From Candidatus Eiseniibacteriota bacterium (GTDB lineage: Bacteria > Eisenbacteria > RBG-16-71-46 > SZUA-252): a stretch of DNA of 64,000 nt. The DNA is taken from assembly GCA_963703225.1 (NCBI GenBank), contig OY969801.1, positions 96,001 through 160,000 on the forward strand, read 5' to 3'. The notes beneath the pieces are model-generated. The model saw only the letters and a list, made by a program, of their open reading frames with translations, searched no databases and was not told the DNA's origin. Below are positions 11,071-22,530 of the stretch, in pieces. The position numbers were made by a program, and so were the translations under genes. How positions within the stretch are numbered: position 1 is the stretch's first letter; every line of letters begins with the position of its first letter.

Positions 11071-11535
11071 CTACTTCACGAGCGGAATGTTCGTCGCCAG
11101 ATCGTACTGGATGATCGCATCCATCTTGTTCTCGATCTGGTAATAGCGGATCAGCTTCTTTGCGGGTAGGGCCTTTCCGAATTTCTTCACGTATGTCTTC
11201 TGAAGACCGACCCTCTCGGCGCGGAGCCCCATCCACTGGTCGAGCATCTTCTGGGCCTGAACGTCCGTGAGGGAGTCTTGCTGGGCCCCGTAATCCTTCA
11301 TGAGCGCGACGACCCTGTCGTCCACCTTGCGGACGTCCTCACGGTAGAGGTTATAGACGGGCCAGAACGCCGCGCTCTCCGTGTCGGTCATTTGCATGAG
11401 CTGCGCGACGATGGCCTTCCGGTCGGCGTGGATTTGCGCCCGCGCAGCTTCCAACTCGTCCGTGGCCGTCTGAGCAACTGCCGGGGCCGCCATCAAGAAG
11501 CTGGCGAGCGCGACTGCGACGCGGAAACCTTTCAT
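11071..11535 (-). CDS. Conserved exported helical protein (Spy/CpxP-like)
   Basis: AGGAGAG RBS, signal peptide 'MKGFRVAVALASFLMAAPAVA', and motifs 'AFWPVY' and 'RYYQIENK'. Confidence 0.75.
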   Translation of the reverse strand: MKGFRVAVALASFLMAAPAVAQTATDELEAARAQIHADRKAIVAQLMQMTDTESAAFWPVYNLYREDVRKVDDRVVALMKDYGAQQDSLTDVQAQKMLDQWMGLRAERVGLQKTYVKKFGKALPAKKLIRYYQIENKMDAIIQYDLATNIPLVK

Positions 11536-11604
11536 GACTGCTCTCCTCCTGGAATGTGTGGGCACGCCCGCACGAAGGCGGGCGAAGCTTGGTAGGATAT
11601 CACG

Positions 11605-12480
11605 ATGCGCCGCGCCGGGCAGTGGCAATCGCTGGCAGCCTCCATAGGCCTTGTCGTGGCGCTTGCGATGGCCGGCCCGGCCTTTGGCTCCAGCATCTAC
11701 GACCACCGCACCGTCGCCCGGCGCGCCCTCACGGAGATGGGTTGGAGGCAGGAAGGCGATATCGACCGGGTCATCACGTGCAACATGGCTACCGATTTCG
11801 GCCGGCTCAACGCCTTCTCGCGGACCCTGTCGCGCGTGCTCTACCCCGGCTCGGGGTTCCAGATCAACGGCGTGCGCGCGATGGCGCGCACGGCCCCCTT
11901 CTCGAGCGAGGGGACCCTCGGGTTTCACTTCAACAGCCTGTACAGCTACTCGGCGATCGAGACGCGGTGGCGCGATCTGGGTGGATGGGCCGACCATGTC
12001 AGCGATTCGATCGGCGCGGGAACGATGCCCCCGGAGCTGGAGCACGAGACCTATCTAAGACTGGTTGGAATGGTCTCCCACGCGGTGCAGGACTTCTACG
12101 CCCATGCCAATTGGGTCGGGCTCCTCGATCACGACACGCCGGGCGAAATGAAGGCCGACGAGTTCCCTCTCTGGGAGGAGCTGGTCCAGGACCACGGCGG
12201 CTGGCGGGAACGTCATCCGGAGTTCCACTTCGCCGCGGCGCTCGACCGCCTGCGGATTTCCGACCGCGAGCGGAGCGCCACCGAGGATCACGGCGGGCTC
12301 CAGACCGGCCGGACGGGCGGGGAACATATCTCGGGCGTCCAGCCGTGGATGCACCGGCACAAGGGCGGGGAGGAGAAGGCCGTGGTCTCCGATCTCGCGC
12401 GCCGCGCGATCATTCTGTGGATCCAGCGGATCGATCAGCGTCTCGAGCAGGCGCGGCAGCGCGCTCAGGGCAAGAAGTAG
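11605..12480 (+). CDS. Secreted HET-C / zinc-dependent phospholipase C-fold protein
   Basis: Signal peptide, N-terminal His, 'NMATD', 'FHF' and '[12 protein letters not shown]'. Confidence 0.65.
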   Translation: MRRAGQWQSLAASIGLVVALAMAGPAFGSSIYDHRTVARRALTEMGWRQEGDIDRVITCNMATDFGRLNAFSRTLSRVLYPGSGFQINGVRAMARTAPFSSEGTLGFHFNSLYSYSAIETRWRDLGGWADHVSDSIGAGTMPPELEHETYLRLVGMVSHAVQDFYAHANWVGLLDHDTPGEMKADEFPLWEELVQDHGGWRERHPEFHFAAALDRLRISDRERSATEDHGGLQTGRTGGEHISGVQPWMHRHKGGEEKAVVSDLARRAIILWIQRIDQRLEQARQRAQGKK

Positions 12481-13580
12481 AAGGCGATCGCGAGGATTCC
12501 GTATACCGCGAGCATCAACGCTCCCTCCAGCCAGTTCGATTCGCCGTCCTGCGAAACCAGATTGACAACCCCCATCGCGATCGCCACCGCGAGCACCTCG
12601 AACGGCGTGAATCGGAGGTCCATCGGGCCGTGGGGCATGAAGTGGGAAACGAAGATGAGGACGGGCGCCACGAAGAGCGCGATCTGGATGCTCGAGCCGA
12701 TCGCGATGTTGAGCGAGAGGTCCATCTTGTTCTTGAGGGCGACGATGATCGCCGTGGAGTGCTCCGCCGCGTTCCCGATCACGGCCACCACCACCACTCC
12801 GATGAAGACCTGCGTGAGGCCGAGGGCGTGCGCGGTTTCTTCCACCGAGCCGACCAGAAGCTCGCTCATCCACGCGACGAGGGCCGTGGCCACGAGGAGG
12901 GTTGCTACCGTTCGAGGGACCGAGACGCCCTGCGTCGTCTCCTTGTGTTCTTCCGGAGAATTCTGGCCCGCGTAGAGGTGCCGGTGGGTCCTCAGGCTGA
13001 AGACGAGGCTGAGAAGGTAAGCCGTGAAGAGCACGATCGCGATCTCGAGGGAGAGGCTTCGCTCCAACGCCATCTCGCGCGCCCTCGTCATCTCGGCCCT
13101 CCCGACCGCCGATTCGACGACCTGGTGGAAGAGCGCGGGGACCAAGAGTCCAATCGTCGCGAGCGCCAGCAGCGTCGAGCCCGCCGCCGCCGCGGCGCGG
13201 TCGAAGGTCAGCCGCTCCCGTTTCAGCCCGCCCGCGAGCAACGCTCCCCCGAGCACCAGAAGCACGTTCCCGATGATCGATCCGGTGAGAGAGGCTTTGA
13301 CCACGTCGTAGAGGCCTTGGCGGAGCGCGACCAGGGCGATGATCAGCTCCGCCGCGTTCCCAAAGGTCGCGTTCAAGAGCCCACCCACGCCCGCACCCAG
13401 CCGGGACGCGATTCGCTCGGTGGCTTCACCCATCATTCCCGCGAGCGGGATGATCGCGACGCAGGCAAAGGCGAACACGGGGAGGGCGCCCCAATGGAGG
13501 AACGAAGCGGCCGCGGCGAGTGGGATGAAGATGAGGAGAAGCCGGAGTGCGTTTTCGAGGCGAAGCGCGGAACGCTTCAA
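12465..13580 (-). CDS. chaA: Ca2+/H+ antiporter (CAX/ChaA)
   Basis: Alpha repeats '[14 protein letters not shown]' and 'IGNAAEH', plus '[15 protein letters not shown]' and 'DGESNWLEG'. Confidence 0.93.
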   Translation of the reverse strand: MKRSALRLENALRLLLIFIPLAAAASFLHWGALPVFAFACVAIIPLAGMMGEATERIASRLGAGVGGLLNATFGNAAELIIALVALRQGLYDVVKASLTGSIIGNVLLVLGGALLAGGLKRERLTFDRAAAAAGSTLLALATIGLLVPALFHQVVESAVGRAEMTRAREMALERSLSLEIAIVLFTAYLLSLVFSLRTHRHLYAGQNSPEEHKETTQGVSVPRTVATLLVATALVAWMSELLVGSVEETAHALGLTQVFIGVVVVAVIGNAAEHSTAIIVALKNKMDLSLNIAIGSSIQIALFVAPVLIFVSHFMPHGPMDLRFTPFEVLAVAIAMGVVNLVSQDGESNWLEGALMLAVYGILAIAFYFLP

Positions 13581-13590
13581 CGCCGTAACG

Positions 13591-14238
13591 CTAGAAATAC
13601 CAGTTGAGGCTCAGGACCGCCGGGAAGAACCAGGTCTCTTCGAATACCGCGTTGTCGATCTTCTGGTAGTTCGCGGAAACGTCGATTCCCGCCGCCAGCG
13701 CGGAGGAAAGTCGGAATTCGTATCCGCCTCCGAACGTGAGGCCAAGGCCGCCCTCGTCGCGGTGCTCACCGTCGTCCAAGGAGTCCGGCCCGGTGCCGAT
13801 GAAGGAACTCTGGAATACCGTGAGTCGTCCATTGGCAAATCCGACGCCCCCACGGAAGTAGATGCCGCCCGTCTCGTCGTCGGGATTCCCGGGGAAGACC
13901 GTCAGCGCGGCGGTCACGTTCTGGATTCCAACCCGCACCTTGGACGCCCCGAATCCCTGCTCATCCAACCATCCCCGCTGATCGATGCTCGCCATGAAAT
14001 GGGGCCCGAGCATCTTGCCGATGCGAAGCTGGGGACAGGCACCTTCCTGCCATCCGGTGTCGATGTTCTGGAGTCCAGGGCCGGTCGAGATCTTGCTTTC
14101 GCCGTAGCCGATGCCGATGCCGAACATCCACCCGTCGCGGACATGCCGCTTGAGCGCGAGCGCGTCGGTCGCAAAAGCGCCCGCCGAGATGAGACAGGCG
14201 CAGCCCACGAGGAGATACCTGCGCAGGGTCGGCTCCAT
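13591..14238 (-). CDS. Small outer-membrane beta-barrel protein
   Basis: Signal peptide, Gly/aromatic beta strands ('GGGYEFRL') and C-terminal 'LSLNWYF'. Confidence 0.75.
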   Translation of the reverse strand: MEPTLRRYLLVGCACLISAGAFATDALALKRHVRDGWMFGIGIGYGESKISTGPGLQNIDTGWQEGACPQLRIGKMLGPHFMASIDQRGWLDEQGFGASKVRVGIQNVTAALTVFPGNPDDETGGIYFRGGVGFANGRLTVFQSSFIGTGPDSLDDGEHRDEGGLGLTFGGGYEFRLSSALAAGIDVSANYQKIDNAVFEETWFFPAVLSLNWYF

Positions 14239-14312
14239 CGGAGTGAGGCTAGCAGCCTCGTCGGAAATCTTCTAGTGGTATCCAACCGCAGCCGATATTA
14301 TGCGCTCCGTCC

Positions 14313-15458
14313 ATGCGCTCGCCCCTGATCGCGCTCTTCAGCGTCGCGCTCCTCGCGCCGGCCATCGGCCTCGCCGAACCCGGCCACCACGCGGTCAGTC
14401 TCGCCCTCCTCTATCCGATCAGCACGAATCAGGACCCGGACATCTCCACCAACCTCCGCCTCTCCCTCCTCTACGGTCGCGTGGGATCGGTCCACGGCAT
14501 CGACCTAAACGGCGTGGCGGCGCTCACGAGCAGGGACGTCAAAGGCGTGCAATTCAACGGGCTCTATTCCCAGGTCGGCGGCGACATGAAGGGCCTCCAG
14601 TGGACCGGGGCCGTCAACTACGTGCGCGGCGACGTGGGGGGCCTCCAGATCGCCTATTTGGGCAACGTCAATCGCGGAGCCGTGACCGGCCTTCAATTCG
14701 GCGGGCTTTTCAACCTCGTCGGGGGCCAGCTCTACGGAGCTCAGGCGGCCGCCGTGATCAATACCGTGGACGGCGACGCCGGGTTCATCCAGTGGTCGGG
14801 CGTTGCCGGATCCGTCGGCGGCGACTTCGAGGGATTTCAAGCCTCCGGTGGCTACGCCTTCGTCGGCGGGCGGATGGCCGGCGTTCAGCTCGCGCTCGTG
14901 AATTTCGCGACCGAAATGGCGGGTGTCCAGGCGGGCGGCGCGAATTTCACGCGCCAGTCGGGCGGGCTTCAACTGGGCGCGTTCAACTGGGCCCGGGAGC
15001 AGACCGGCGTGCCGGTCGGGATGGTGAATGCGACGACCGGAGGTGAAATCACCTGGGTGACCTACGCCAGCAACCTCTCGCCCTTCAACACGGGGATCGA
15101 GACGGAGGTCCGCGGCTTCTATTCCATGCTCACCATGGGTGGCCACGATTCGAAGGGGGACGTTCGGGACGCACTCGTTTTGACGTGGAACTACGGCCGC
15201 GCGTTCCCGGTTGCAAACAAGACTCGAATCGGGGCCGACCTCGGCTTCTCCCATTACATTCCGGCCAAGGAGAATGACCCGACTCTGAATGATCGGCTTC
15301 ACTACGCGATTCAAGCAAGAGGCCTCGTGGAGCGGAGGTTCGGCCCCAGGACGGCGGCCTTCGTCGGAGGCGGAGTGGCGCGGATCTACTCGGACTATTC
15401 AGCCGACGCGGTGGGCGACACCGAGCCGATCTTCTTCGGCGGGGTATCTCTCTTCTGA
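14313..15458 (+). CDS. LA_2272-like surface-repeat outer-membrane protein
   Basis: Signal peptide, about 15-aa repeats of 'GxQxxGxxN' and a C-terminal barrel ending 'GGVSLF'. Confidence 0.7.
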   Translation: MRSPLIALFSVALLAPAIGLAEPGHHAVSLALLYPISTNQDPDISTNLRLSLLYGRVGSVHGIDLNGVAALTSRDVKGVQFNGLYSQVGGDMKGLQWTGAVNYVRGDVGGLQIAYLGNVNRGAVTGLQFGGLFNLVGGQLYGAQAAAVINTVDGDAGFIQWSGVAGSVGGDFEGFQASGGYAFVGGRMAGVQLALVNFATEMAGVQAGGANFTRQSGGLQLGAFNWAREQTGVPVGMVNATTGGEITWVTYASNLSPFNTGIETEVRGFYSMLTMGGHDSKGDVRDALVLTWNYGRAFPVANKTRIGADLGFSHYIPAKENDPTLNDRLHYAIQARGLVERRFGPRTAAFVGGGVARIYSDYSADAVGDTEPIFFGGVSLF

Positions 15459-16960
15459 TGACGACCCGGGCGAAATGGAGCAGGAATTGGATCGCGATCC
15501 TCCTGGCGGCTGTCGTCTCTCTGGCGCCGTCGGGCCGACCCGGGTGCGCTCAGGCCCAAGAATCGGCCCCTCCGGCGGCACCGAACGCCGCGCCCCCCGA
15601 CACGGCGCCCGCTAACGCCGCGCCCCCCGACACGGCGGCGATTCCCGGGGTCACGAAGGTCGCCATCGCGTCGGACAGCCTCCACTACACGCCGCCGACC
15701 CCGAAATTCGCGCGCGCGTTCGGCGAGGTCTTCCTAACCAACTTTGTCGTCTGGGCGTACGACCGCTACATTCGCCCAGGCGGAGGTGTGGGATTCCGGG
15801 TCGGGATTCAGTCGTGGAAGGACAACGCCCTGAACGGATTTGAGTGGGACGACAACCAGTTCTCGACGAATCAGCTCGCGCATCCGTACCACGGCAGCCT
15901 CTACTTCAATGCCGCGCGCTCAGGCGGGTACGACTTCTGGGAATCGATTCCATTCGCGTTCGGCGGAAGTTTCATGTGGGAGTATTTCGGCGAGACGCAC
16001 AATCCTGCATTCAACGACTGGATCGCGACCAGCGTCGGCGGAACCACCCTGGGCGAGACCTTTTTCCGACTCTCGACGATCGTCACCGACAACACGGCCA
16101 CCGGCTCTGGGCGCACCTGGAAGGAGCTGGGGGGCCTGGCGATCAACCCCCTGCGGGGATTCAACCGGATCATCACCGGAGACTGGTCCAAGGTGCAGGC
16201 CAATCCTCCCGATCGCTACCCCAAGAGCTACGGCGTCAGCTATCGGGTCGGCTTCCGGACCGTGGGGCAGGACCACCTTTGGGACACCGATACCACACGG
16301 GTCTTCATGGACATGGGTGCGCGGTACGGGGATCCCTTCCTGGGCGAATACAAGAAGCCGTTCGAGTCGTTCGACTGGGGCGCGCAGCTCAACTTCGGGG
16401 ACAAGAAGACATTCGGCGGGATGCACGCACGCGGCATCCTCTACGGCGGGGAGATCAAGAAGACGGAGCATGCGCACCACGTGATTGCCGCCTATCAGCA
16501 CTACGACTACTACAATAACAACGCCTACGAGTTCGGCGGCCAGAGCGTCGGCGCTTCGCTCCTGTCGAAGATGACGACGAGCGAGGATTTCGAGGTGCGG
16601 ACCCAGCTCGACATGAACGTGCTACTCCTCGGCGGGACCAAGTCCGACTACATCAACTTCTCGGGCCGCAACTACGACTTTGGCCCTGGCCTCGGGTTCA
16701 AATTCGGCGGCGCGTTTCTCCTGAAGGGTCGGCCGTTCCTCCTGATCGGCCACGATGAGTACTGGATCCACTCGATGAACGGGACGGCGGCCGAGCACTA
16801 CATCACCGCGAGCCGGGTCCGGGTCGACGTGCCTCTCCCGCAGAAGCTCGCGATCTCGGTCGACTACCTCCTCTACACGGCGGACCGCAACTACAGGGAT
16901 TTCCCGGACGTCTACAGCCGCATCCCCGAGCTTCGAACCGCAATCGCCTTCGCCCTCTAG
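15458..16960 (+). CDS. DUF3943-domain outer-membrane protein
   Basis: 'WDDNQFSTNQLAHPYHGSLYFNAARSGG', 'GSFMWEYFGET..P.FND' and 'NPLRGFNR'. Confidence 0.8.
   Translation: MTTRAKWSRNWIAILLAAVVSLAPSGRPGCAQAQESAPPAAPNAAPPDTAPANAAPPDTAAIPGVTKVAIASDSLHYTPPTPKFARAFGEVFLTNFVVWAYDRYIRPGGGVGFRVGIQSWKDNALNGFEWDDNQFSTNQLAHPYHGSLYFNAARSGGYDFWESIPFAFGGSFMWEYFGETHNPAFNDWIATSVGGTTLGETFFRLSTIVTDNTATGSGRTWKELGGLAINPLRGFNRIITGDWSKVQANPPDRYPKSYGVSYRVGFRTVGQDHLWDTDTTRVFMDMGARYGDPFLGEYKKPFESFDWGAQLNFGDKKTFGGMHARGILYGGEIKKTEHAHHVIAAYQHYDYYNNNAYEFGGQSVGASLLSKMTTSEDFEVRTQLDMNVLLLGGTKSDYINFSGRNYDFGPGLGFKFGGAFLLKGRPFLLIGHDEYWIHSMNGTAAEHYITASRVRVDVPLPQKLAISVDYLLYTADRNYRDFPDVYSRIPELRTAIAFAL
15584..15637 (+). repeat. 24-bp direct repeat x2 (30-bp period) encoding NAAPPDTA
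   Basis: aacgccgcgccccccgacacggcg at 15584-15607 and 15614-15637. Confidence 0.9.
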
Positions 16961-17093
16961 GCTCCACCGGTCCTAAGTCCTTGACGGGGCACTACCCTGG
17001 AGTAAAATCACTCGCCGATCCGCAGACCGCTTCAAGCCGGGATGTCGCCGCCGGTAGTGCCGGAATGAGGACTCATCCAGAAAGAGGGGAACG

Positions 17094-17717
17094 ATGAATC
17101 GATTCGTGAAGGTATTCGCAGCGGTGCTCTGCGTCGTCGCCGTCTCCTGCGGCACGTCCTCGCAGCTTGTCCAGCGTTGGTCGGACCCGGCCTTTGTTGG
17201 CGAGCCCGGGCAGAAGATGATCATTATTGCCCTATCGAAAAGCGAGCGGAGCCAGAAGACCTGGGAGGGCGCGTTTGCCAACATTCTCCGAGAGGTCAAG
17301 GTCGATCCGATCGCGGGCTCGATGGTGCTGCCCAACACCAATATCGCCGACGAGGCGACACTCAAGGAGGCCGTGAGGAACTCGGGCGCCTCTCTCGCCG
17401 CCGTCACCCGCCTGGTGAGCGTCGATAAGGAGCAGACCTACGTGCAGGGTTCGGCCTACTACACGCCGGCGCCCGCGTACTACGGGTTCTACGGCTACTA
17501 CTCCAGCTCCTACGCCATGGTCTCAACCCCCGGTTACTATCAGACCGACAAGATCTACAGCGTGGAGACGAATGTTTACGACGTGAAGACGGAGAAACTG
17601 GTCTGGAGCGGTGTCACGGAGACGCTCAATCCGGAGACCGGCCAGGACGCCGCGAATTCCATCGCGACCACGATCGTGAACGACATGATCGCCAGCAAGG
17701 TGATCCGGACCAAGTAG
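17094..17717 (+). CDS. DUF4136-like lipoprotein
   Basis: Lipobox 'VAVSC', Tyr-rich loop and 'VETNVYDVKTEKLVWSG'. Confidence 0.75.
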   Translation: MNRFVKVFAAVLCVVAVSCGTSSQLVQRWSDPAFVGEPGQKMIIIALSKSERSQKTWEGAFANILREVKVDPIAGSMVLPNTNIADEATLKEAVRNSGASLAAVTRLVSVDKEQTYVQGSAYYTPAPAYYGFYGYYSSSYAMVSTPGYYQTDKIYSVETNVYDVKTEKLVWSGVTETLNPETGQDAANSIATTIVNDMIASKVIRTK

Positions 17718-17748
17718 GGCGAACGCTCCTAATACACCGGAGGGATCG

Positions 17749-18442
17749 ATGCGGAATGGAATGAATCCCAGGATGGGATTTTGGGTCCTGTGCCTCGGCG
17801 CGGCCCTCACGCTCGCGACAGCGTCCACGGCGTCGGCGGAATATTACGGCTACACGAAGCATGCCGGCGCGGAGCTGACGGTCTATGGGGGCGGCTACTT
17901 CGGCGGCGACATCTACTCGGGCACGTACGGCGGGCTGTCAGCGCGACGTGAACGTCGACGACGATTGGAGCTACGGCGGCCGGCTCGCCTATGTCTTCAA
18001 CGGCATGGTCGCGCTGGAGGGGGGTTACGGTCACTCGGACGCTGCGATGACGCTGGGCGTCGGAGCCGGCCAACTCCCGTCGAACATCGGCGACCTGACG
18101 GAAAACCGGTACGAGTTGAACCTCAATTTCTATACGAACCCCGGCCCCGTCCAGGGATACTTCACGCTGGGAGGCGGAGCCACCGACTTCAAGGCCAAGT
18201 TCGAGAACGGTCAAAGCGCGAGCGACACGCGCTTCACGAGCAACATCGGGCTCGGGATCAAGTTCTCGAGCAGCCCGAAGGTGGCGCTGCGCCTCGACGG
18301 ACGGTGGCGCTACACCGATACCAACATCGGCGGCACGTCCTACTACTGTGACTTCTACGGCTTCTGCTACGCCTACGATAACTCTTACTACGGGAGCGGC
18401 GAGTTTACGGGCGGCTTGACCTACTCGCTCGGCGGCAAATAG
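17749..18442 (+). CDS. Outer-membrane beta-barrel protein (one +1 frameshift near 17935-17940)
   Basis: Signal peptide and first strand in the 17749 frame. The rest of the barrel ('WSYGGRLAY', 'YFTLGGGAT', 'LRLDGRWRY') is in the 17885 frame. Confidence 0.75.
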
Positions 18443-18535
18443 CGACGAGTGGTGTGGGACGGCGGGCGGGCCCGGTTGGGCGCCCCGCCGTTCTCGTTTC
18501 TGGGCGTCCCGCAGGGGCAAACGTCCCGCCGCCGG

Positions 18536-19234
18536 TCAGCCCGTCCCACCGTCCTCTTCGCTCGGAACCGTTCCCGCCGGCGGGATGCGGTCCGGATCTC
18601 GGCGCCACACTAGGAATGAGTAGACAACGGTCCACAGCACTCCGAGCATGGTGGCCCCGAACGCGGTGAAGATGAAGCTCTGGGATCCCGTCACTCCCGC
18701 CGTCGCGACGAGAATCCCGCCCACCATGAGCAGCCACCCGGCGAGCCGGTGGGTTCGCACCCAGGAGGTCTTGCTCGAGAGCGTCCACGGCGTGCGAACG
18801 CCCACGAACCAATTGGGGCGGATCTTTCCCAGCACACCTCCGACCAAGATCAATAGGACCCCTGCGAGGAGGGGAGCCATCCGCCCTATGTCGACGTCGC
18901 GGCCGCGCATCGCGAGCAGGATCAGGCCGTAGAGGAGCGCGAAGAAACCGATCATGCCGGCTCGAAGCGCGTAGTAGGCCCCCGCGAACATGGGATAGTT
19001 GAGCCTGCCCGGGTCGAGGCGGGGCATGAACAGCATCGAGCCGTAAATCGCAAGCGTGATCAGGGGCAGAAGAAGAAGCCCTTCGAACCTGCCCCCGTAG
19101 CCGTTGACGCGTCCATCCATACCCCAGTGGATCGGGATTCGATCCGGCGCAGTGGGCCACGCCACAGCCGCGGCCACGAACATCGCCGCGATGAGGATCC
19201 AGAGAGGAAGCTCGGACCGCCAGGACACCTTCAT
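18536..19234 (-). CDS. sdpI: SdpI-family immunity protein with DUF1648
   Basis: 'PDRIPIHWGMDGRVNGYG' and 'RPNWFVGVRTPWTLSS..SWVRTHRLAG'. Confidence 0.9.
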   Translation of the reverse strand: MKVSWRSELPLWILIAAMFVAAAVAWPTAPDRIPIHWGMDGRVNGYGGRFEGLLLLPLITLAIYGSMLFMPRLDPGRLNYPMFAGAYYALRAGMIGFFALLYGLILLAMRGRDVDIGRMAPLLAGVLLILVGGVLGKIRPNWFVGVRTPWTLSSKTSWVRTHRLAGWLLMVGGILVATAGVTGSQSFIFTAFGATMLGVLWTVVYSFLVWRRDPDRIPPAGTVPSEEDGGTG

Positions 19235-19521
19235 GTTCGATTCCCCTTTCCACGCCCGCCGACCCCGAGGACCGAAAGGATGGCCCCAACCGCCTCCTCG
19301 TGGGCGGAGAGGCTAAGGCTGTACACGATCTTCGTACCCATGCGCTCGGAGACCACCAGCCCGGCATGTCTGAGCGCGCTGAAGTGGCCCGAGAGCGTGG
19401 ACTTGGCCAGGTTGAAGCGCTCCGCGATTTCGCCCGCGGTCATGTCGCGCTTTCGAAGCAGGCGGAGGATCTCCCGTCGGGTGGGGTCGCTCAGAGCCCG
19501 GAACACCTCGTCGATTCCCAA
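19231..19521 (-). CDS. sdpR: SdpR-like ArsR/SmtB autorepressor
   Basis: TTG start after GAAGGAGG. 'FRALSDPTRREILRLL...MTAGEIAERFNLAKSTLSGHFSAL'. Coupled to sdpI. Confidence 0.88.
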   Translation of the reverse strand: MGIDEVFRALSDPTRREILRLLRKRDMTAGEIAERFNLAKSTLSGHFSALRHAGLVVSERMGTKIVYSLSLSAHEEAVGAILSVLGVGGRGKGNRT

Positions 19522-19531
19522 GAGAGCCTCC

Positions 19532-19555
19532 TTCGGTAATTCGCCAAATACCGAA
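19532..19555. promoter_or_regulatory. Inverted repeat, putative SdpR operator
   Basis: TTCGGTA-N10-TACCGAA directly upstream of the sdpR RBS. Confidence 0.6.
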
Positions 19556-19628
19556 ATAAATATCGGCGGAGGGGCGCCGGATGTCAACCGTAATTCGGAG
19601 GGCAAATCGCAAGCCAGTGGGAGAGGGG

Positions 19629-22219
19629 CTAAATCGCGAGCCAGTAAGTGATCTTGGCGAGGAGGGTGTTCTCGGGCTCGTTGTTGAAGAGCTCACCGTG
19701 CCCGATGTTGTTGTTGAAGCTGCCCGGATCGGACGTGTGGTAGTCGCGCTCGTCGTAGTGGTTCCGGCCCTGGGTCCAGACGAAGTAGAAGGTGCTTCCA
19801 GGGCGGTACTCCCAGCGGTAGACCGCGTTGATGTTCACGGCGGCGTAGCTGAAATCGAAGTTGTGGGCCTCGTATCCCAGCTCCATGTACGGGTAGAGGT
19901 CGTAGCTGTCGGGGCGGAGCAGCTCCCGCACGCGGCTGTAGTTTCCCACCGATAGATAGGGCTGCGCGTAAAGCTCCAGCGACTGGGTCCGCGTGAACAG
20001 GATGTTCGACCGGAGCGTGAGGTCGATCGTCTTCTGGTGGATATCCCCGAACACGTAGCTCAGGCCGCCGATCCCAACCCCTCCCGGACGCGACGATAGA
20101 TTCACCGTTTCCAGGTACTGGGTATCGTCGACCCGGTCGTGAAGCCCCAGTGAGACGTTGTGGTTCAGGGCGCTGCTCTGATTCCACTGGGTGGTGAGCG
20201 TGACGTCCGTGCTGGCGTTGAGCGCCGTGTCCCGGTAGTAGGATCCCTCCAGTGTGACGATGAAGCCTTTCCGCGTATCGGTCTTGGCGCCAAGCCAACC
20301 GCCGTAAGTGAGCGGCTCGCGGATCAGCGGCCCGCCCCGCGTCTCGTAGCGATGCGTCCCCTCGCCGTTACCGGAGACTCCCCACCAGCCTTCCCGGTAA
20401 TTTCGGAATTGGAACCAGCCATTCAACTGCACCCCCGAATACTGGGGATGCCCCGCGCCGTATTCCCACGCTTGGGCGCCGGTCACGACGTCGTAGCCCG
20501 CGCGCGGCGCGTAGATCCAGCTCTTCCACGCATTCAGGTTCAGCTCTCCTCGGTTGAAGGTCTTGCTCTTCCCCTCCGGGTCGTAGGGGTAGTAGAGGTA
20601 AGCGCTGGAGGAGATCTCGTCGGGAGACTGGAGGTAGCCGATATCGTTGATCTCGAGCTTGGATGCCTCCCAGCGGCCGCTCACGCCGCCCTGCAGCTTT
20701 CCGCCCCGGCGGCGGATGTCGAGCGCCCCGCCGGTGCCGTAGACAGGGGCGCCGGTGATCGTGGAATCGGCGGCCGACGTCTCCGGATCGATGATCGAGC
20801 CGACGAAGGAGCCCTGGATGTTGAACTCGCGGTTCTTGGAGTTGAGGTCGAAGTCGAGCCCGGTCGTATAGGCCTCGCGGGAGGGCGAGTCGCCAAACTG
20901 AATCCCGGTTCGCCGTGTTGAAGACCGCGGTCTGCATCACGTTGAACCGATTTCGGCCCCCGGAAAACTCCTTGCCCAGCCGCGCGACCGCGTAGCGAGA
21001 GAGCTGCGAGCCGTTCTTGAAGAGGTTGTGGGCCTGACCTTCGGCCGTGATGTCGGTCGAGGCCGCCATCGCCGCGACCGAGACGCCGCCCCACGTCTTG
21101 CCGGTCAGCTTGGCCGCGTACCGAATCCGAGAGTTCGGGTCCCCGGTCCCGATCCGCCTCGAGTAGAAGAGATTGAAATCCGGGTGCTGGAAGAAGCGGC
21201 TCCCCTCGATGAAGAAGGGGCGCTTCTCCTCGTAGAAGGTCTCGAAGGGGGAGAGGTTGAGCACGGCCGGGATCGGCTTCCACCTGGCCGAAGTCGGGCT
21301 GCACCGTGGCGTTCAGCGTCAGATCGCCCGTGATCCCGTACTTGAGATCCGCGCCGACGTTCTGGAAGCCCTCGATCTGGTCTTCGGGGCCATCCATCGA
21401 CGGATCGGTGGACCGCTGCACCACGTAGGGCAGAAGCTCGATCTGCCGCGGGGGCCGGATCCCCTCGATGCCGGTCAACATTCCGAAGTGGCTCACCATT
21501 CCGTGGGCGTTCCGGTCCCAGATCACCCACGCGGTGTCCTCGCCCCGCCCCTGCATGTAGCGGTAGACCTGGAGCCCCCAGGTCATGGACGGCCCGGTCT
21601 TGTATCGGATCGCCGAGAAGGGGATCCGGATCTCCGCGTACCACCCCTCGGCGTCGCGAGAGGTCGCCGCCTCCCAGACCGCGTCCCAGTCATCGTCGCG
21701 GTCACCGTCATTGTAGATGTAGCTGTCCAGCTGGACGCCGAGCGGATTCACCCGGAAGTTGTATCCGGTCGTCCGATCGAAGTAGGGATCGACGTAGATG
21801 CTGACGAGATCGGATTTCGAGTCGCGATCGCGGCGCGCGAGATTGGCGACGATCTTGGATGGGTCGTGCTCCAAGCAAGCGACGCCAAAGTAGACCGCCC
21901 CCTCGTCGTAGGCGACTTTGAAGATCGTCTCCTCCGAGGGGTTGGCCCCGCGGTCCGGATCCCAGACGCGGAACCCCTGTCCCGGCTCGATCGACCGCCA
22001 CGCGTTGTCGTCGAGCTTCCCATCGACGCGGATCTCTCCGCCCCCGTTCAGGCGGTGTGCCCGAATCGACGGGGCGGCCGCCTTCCTGCCATCGGAGCTG
22101 TCGGCGGACGTGCCCAGGCTCGTCGGCGTGAACCCCTCGAATCCAGCCGCCGGCGTCCCGGCCAGGAATAGCGCCGATGTGGAGATGGCCGCCGCCAATG
22201 TTATGTGTTTGCAGCACAT
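19629..22219 (-). CDS. CBM9-like + DUF5916 outer-membrane protein (two +1 frameshifts near 21268 and 20900)
   Basis: AGGAGG RBS before ATG 22219. Motifs 'VDGKLDD..W', 'LNATVQPDFGQVEADP|AVLNLSPFETFYEEKRPFFIEG', 'FYSRRIG', 'YRWEYRPGS' and 'KITYWL' are spread across three ORFs. Confidence 0.85.
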
Positions 22220-22530
22220 AATCTTACAACCTCCTGCGGCGCTTTCTTGGCTGGTAGCGGGTGGATCCGGGCGGGGGGGTCGCTCGTGATCTCTACGCGC
22301 CCGAAGATGCAATCGTTTCGACAGGGCGCGGGAGGAAAGCGTTGGAACGGTAACGGGAGTCAGTCAACGGTCGGTACCGGCGCGGGCCGTTCAGGCCGCG
22401 CGAAGCCCAACTCATCTTCGCTTCCGGCGCCCCAAAGGGCTCACCATTCTCCGCTCACGTGACGATGAATTGTATACTCAGAGTTCTCTCAAGGCGCGCC
22501 CTTTTCTGTCACGCGATATGGGATGACGAC

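Noticed and set aside
15584..15637. Direct repeat as a CRISPR array
   Set aside because: Only two copies with a 6-nt spacer, in frame within a Pro/Ala linker, and no cas genes.
20880..21280. Programmed ribosomal frameshifting in DUF5916 and the other split genes
   Set aside because: No slippery heptamers occur at the junctions, and multiple shifts per gene fit sequencing error better.
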